A DNA stretch of 64,000 bases from assembly GCA_020635355.1 (NCBI GenBank), contig JACJZW010000004.1, positions 129,226-193,225 on the forward strand. Reading direction: 5' to 3'. This stretch comes from Flavobacteriales bacterium. Lineage in GTDB: Bacteria; Bacteroidota; Bacteroidia; NS11-12g; UBA9320. The notes beneath the pieces were generated by a model that was not told the origin of the DNA, did no database searches, and was given only the letters and a program-made list of their open reading frames with translations. A program made the translations under genes and the position numbers. Positions 62,367-64,000 of the stretch are shown in pieces (position 1 is the stretch's first letter; every line of letters begins with the position of its first letter).

Positions 62367-63023
62367 CTAGTCCATCAACTCATAATCCAGCGGATTATCC
62401 TGATCCAGGTAAAATGTCATTTTAAGCAGGCCAACACCCCTTTTGTAATAACCAATAAAAGGGACATAACCTCCTTTGAGATTTAAGTCACCATTGGAGT
62501 TAAATCCCTCTATTGATGAGGTAAAGTGCCCTTGATGTGTTAACATGTTGAAAAGTTTAAAACTATTGGATTCTGTGCGATCGTACAACTCTAAATCTGT
62601 TAATGAATTGGTCCAAAAAAATTGACTTGCCGTGGTTAGAGCATAAGACTTACTTACCACAAAAAGAACAGGTCCGGACTTATCTTGCACCAATTCAACA
62701 CTAAATGAATCTTCGCCATTTTCAGATCGAAAGATTGTCCGAAATCGTTCATAGAATAAATTCTCTTCAGCACAGAACCCATCTGCAAAACTCAAAGTAT
62801 CTCTTTTTGAACCTGAGTTGAGGAATAGAATGGTGTCTGTTTTGCCGTATTGGGAAACACGATAGGCAACGGAATCTCTTGATTCCAAGCTTTCAATCAT
62901 ATCCTCGACAGATGGCTGCAACTCGAAGAATTGAGGGGGGCATTCATTATTTGGATTTTCATCAGACCCGCAACTTGAAAAGATCAACGCGAGTCCACAA
63001 AGGAGCCATGGAATTTTGTTCAT
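62367..63023 (-). CDS. hypothetical lipoprotein, paralog B
   Basis: Start placed at MNKIPWLLCGLALIFSSCGSDE; the ORF track extends it to 63122. Confidence 0.6.
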   Translation of the reverse strand: MNKIPWLLCGLALIFSSCGSDENPNNECPPQFFELQPSVEDMIESLESRDSVAYRVSQYGKTDTILFLNSGSKRDTLSFADGFCAEENLFYERFRTIFRSENGEDSFSVELVQDKSGPVLFVVSKSYALTTASQFFWTNSLTDLELYDRTESNSFKLFNMLTHQGHFTSSIEGFNSNGDLNLKGGYVPFIGYYKRGVGLLKMTFYLDQDNPLDYELMD

Positions 63024-63103
63024 TGGATAGATTGTTAAACAAGTATAGGGTTTACGGGTGGTTAATGGTAGGATTCGGTAATCATGCTTCGCGCAGGCAA
63101 GTT

Positions 63104-63142
63104 CCGTAGACATCCTGCGCACGGGCTGGGCTAAGTCTACGG
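63104..63142. repeat. hairpin repeat element copy 6 (best copy)
   Basis: ccgtagacatcctgcgcacgggctgggctaagtctacgg. Confidence 0.7.
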
Positions 63143-63429
63143 AACGTTTGAATTGCCATGATGGGCTGATATAAATCAGGTTGACGCATCCGGTTTGGTA
63201 TTTATACTTTGAATAACTAAACTTGGATTCTAAAGCGAAGTCGACTTATGAACGTCTCTTTAAGCAGGAGAAAGTGGTGCATCGCTGGTAGGTTGAACTA
63301 AAAGTATTACTAGCCGATCAGGTTGTGTAGGATGATCCACCTTTGCGGTTAACGCATAGGTCCCGATCAGTCGGTTTATTACATCGAACATGCCCATCAC
63401 AGACCTGCTGCTGTTGTTATCAGATAGTC

Positions 63430-64000
63430 ATGACGCATCTTTTTCCGACCCTTGGAAATCGGGTTTTCCATTTAACCACGGGTGTTTTTATCTTTTTAAT
63501 GGGGTATAGTAATCCCATCCAGGCACAACAGGTAGAATTACCGGAAGAGGCTTCTCAAAGTTGGTGGGAATCTGTGACCAAAGACATCGAAAGCCGGGAG
63601 TATCATTTCTCACAAATGGACGAGCAGCATTACCGTTGCCCCAATCGGGCCAACAACCTGTTGGCCGTGGTTGAGCCAGGAAACTTAACACTGAGTCCGC
63701 ACCGGGATTCAACGGCTAACTGGTCGTTAAGACTGGACTTGAACGGGATTTATGCCGATGGCATCAGACTGTATGGCACGGAGAATATTCCGGTGAATAA
63801 GGTGGTTATGGAGGATGCGCGACTTGTTTTTGATCATACATACGTGCAGGAAGAGTACATCAACACCAAAGAAGGTGTGCGACAAAACTTCATCTTGAAG
63901 CATGGTCCGACCGATGCAACCGAGATTGAAGTGCGATTAAACGTTGCCGGTCTTATCCCCAACAAGGTACATGATACCGAAATCCATTTGTGCCAGCGCC
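63430..64000 (+). CDS. secreted protein, N-terminal part (continues beyond window end)
   Basis: ATG at 63430 opens a frame with no stop through 64000: MTHLFPTLGNRVFHLTTGVFIFLMGYSNPIQAQQVELPEEASQSWWESVTKDIESREYHF... It is absent from the ORF track because no stop falls inside the window. Confidence 0.5.
   Translation, partial: MTHLFPTLGNRVFHLTTGVFIFLMGYSNPIQAQQVELPEEASQSWWESVTKDIESREYHFSQMDEQHYRCPNRANNLLAVVEPGNLTLSPHRDSTANWSLRLDLNGIYADGIRLYGTENIPVNKVVMEDARLVFDHTYVQEEYINTKEGVRQNFILKHGPTDATEIEVRLNVAGLIPNKVHDTEIHLCQR

Noticed and set aside
58291-63023. Lipoprotein array as an immunity-gene cluster downstream of a polymorphic toxin
   Set aside because: The only large secreted-protein gene nearby (63430+) is divergently oriented, and its C-terminus is outside the window. 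No toxin domain, Rhs or recombinase was seen, so this stays a speculation.
56491-63142. Hairpin elements as REP sequences mobilised by a RAYT/IS200-like transposase
   Set aside because: No TnpA(REP)-like ORF is in the window and the copies are not in the usual convergent pairs. Left as an unexplained repeat family.
63488-63712. 74-aa minus-strand ORF
   Set aside because: It is embedded antisense in a longer uninterrupted + strand frame that has a clear signal peptide.
1-64000. Numerous 60-150-aa ORFs antisense to or nested in long genes (e.g. 861..1046, 4264..4638, 9130..9570, 39434..40375, 40212..40823, 51059..51514)
   Set aside because: They lie fully inside strongly supported genes on the opposite strand or in another frame. 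They are typical shadow ORFs.
1-64000. tRNA, rRNA, CRISPR array, integrase/transposase
   Set aside because: I scanned all intergenic regions above 100 bp (14840-15266, 15885-16072, 16733-17078, 22620-22976, 28645-28923, 41201-41432, 50530-50779, 55889-58290, 63143-63429). None had a tRNA-like cloverleaf with a GTTC/TPsiC arm, a repeat-spacer periodicity or a recombinase ORF. A tRNAscan-SE or Infernal run would be the decisive check.

Overview
This window looks like a Bacteroidetes-type chromosomal segment: there are many 1- to 4-nt start/stop overlaps, a Por/T9SS C-terminal sorting tail is present, and near-matches to the TAnnTTTG -7 promoter motif occur. Most of it is conserved housekeeping. 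In order: the 3' end of pdxA, then yceD-rpmF-plsX-fabH, accB-accC and a large SNF2 helicase. Next come a T9SS-CTD protein, yebC and a propionyl-/methylmalonyl-CoA carboxyltransferase, followed by a galactofuranose-type glycosylation module (glf, a GT2 and an ArnT-like membrane glycosyltransferase). After that: ssb, a TonB-dependent receptor, nifU-like/mrp, a GH3-beta-lactamase fusion and polA. Then pyrC, a BNR sialidase-like protein, a SurA-like PPIase, ftsH and kbl-menA-menC. Then an eamA-yicC-gmk-nadD operon, a membrane Fe-S/CCG oxidoreductase pair, an S9 peptidase, corA and a second yebC paralog. No tRNA, rRNA, CRISPR, integrase or transposase was found. Two accessory regions stand out, and both look AT-richer than their surroundings by eye. 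The first (about 14.9-17.06 kb) is a 2-kb insert carrying two hypothetical genes, bracketed by an ~85-bp direct repeat whose distal copy is the ssb promoter region. The second (55.9-63.4 kb) begins with a G-rich heptamer repeat in the yebC-2 promoter and a 2.4-kb gene-poor decayed tract. It then holds an array of paralogous small lipoprotein genes: two intact copies, at least three decayed fragments, and more distant members sharing an LLSCKDD lipobox. Each copy is preceded by a conserved 5' module made of a ~40-bp hairpin repeat (CCGTAGAC-loop-GTCTACGG, 6 copies) about 55 bp upstream of an MNKF start. The function of this dynamic lipoprotein/hairpin-repeat locus is unknown, and it is the best candidate for an undescribed system in the window. 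All calls rest on reading the translated ORFs and the raw sequence; no database searches were run.
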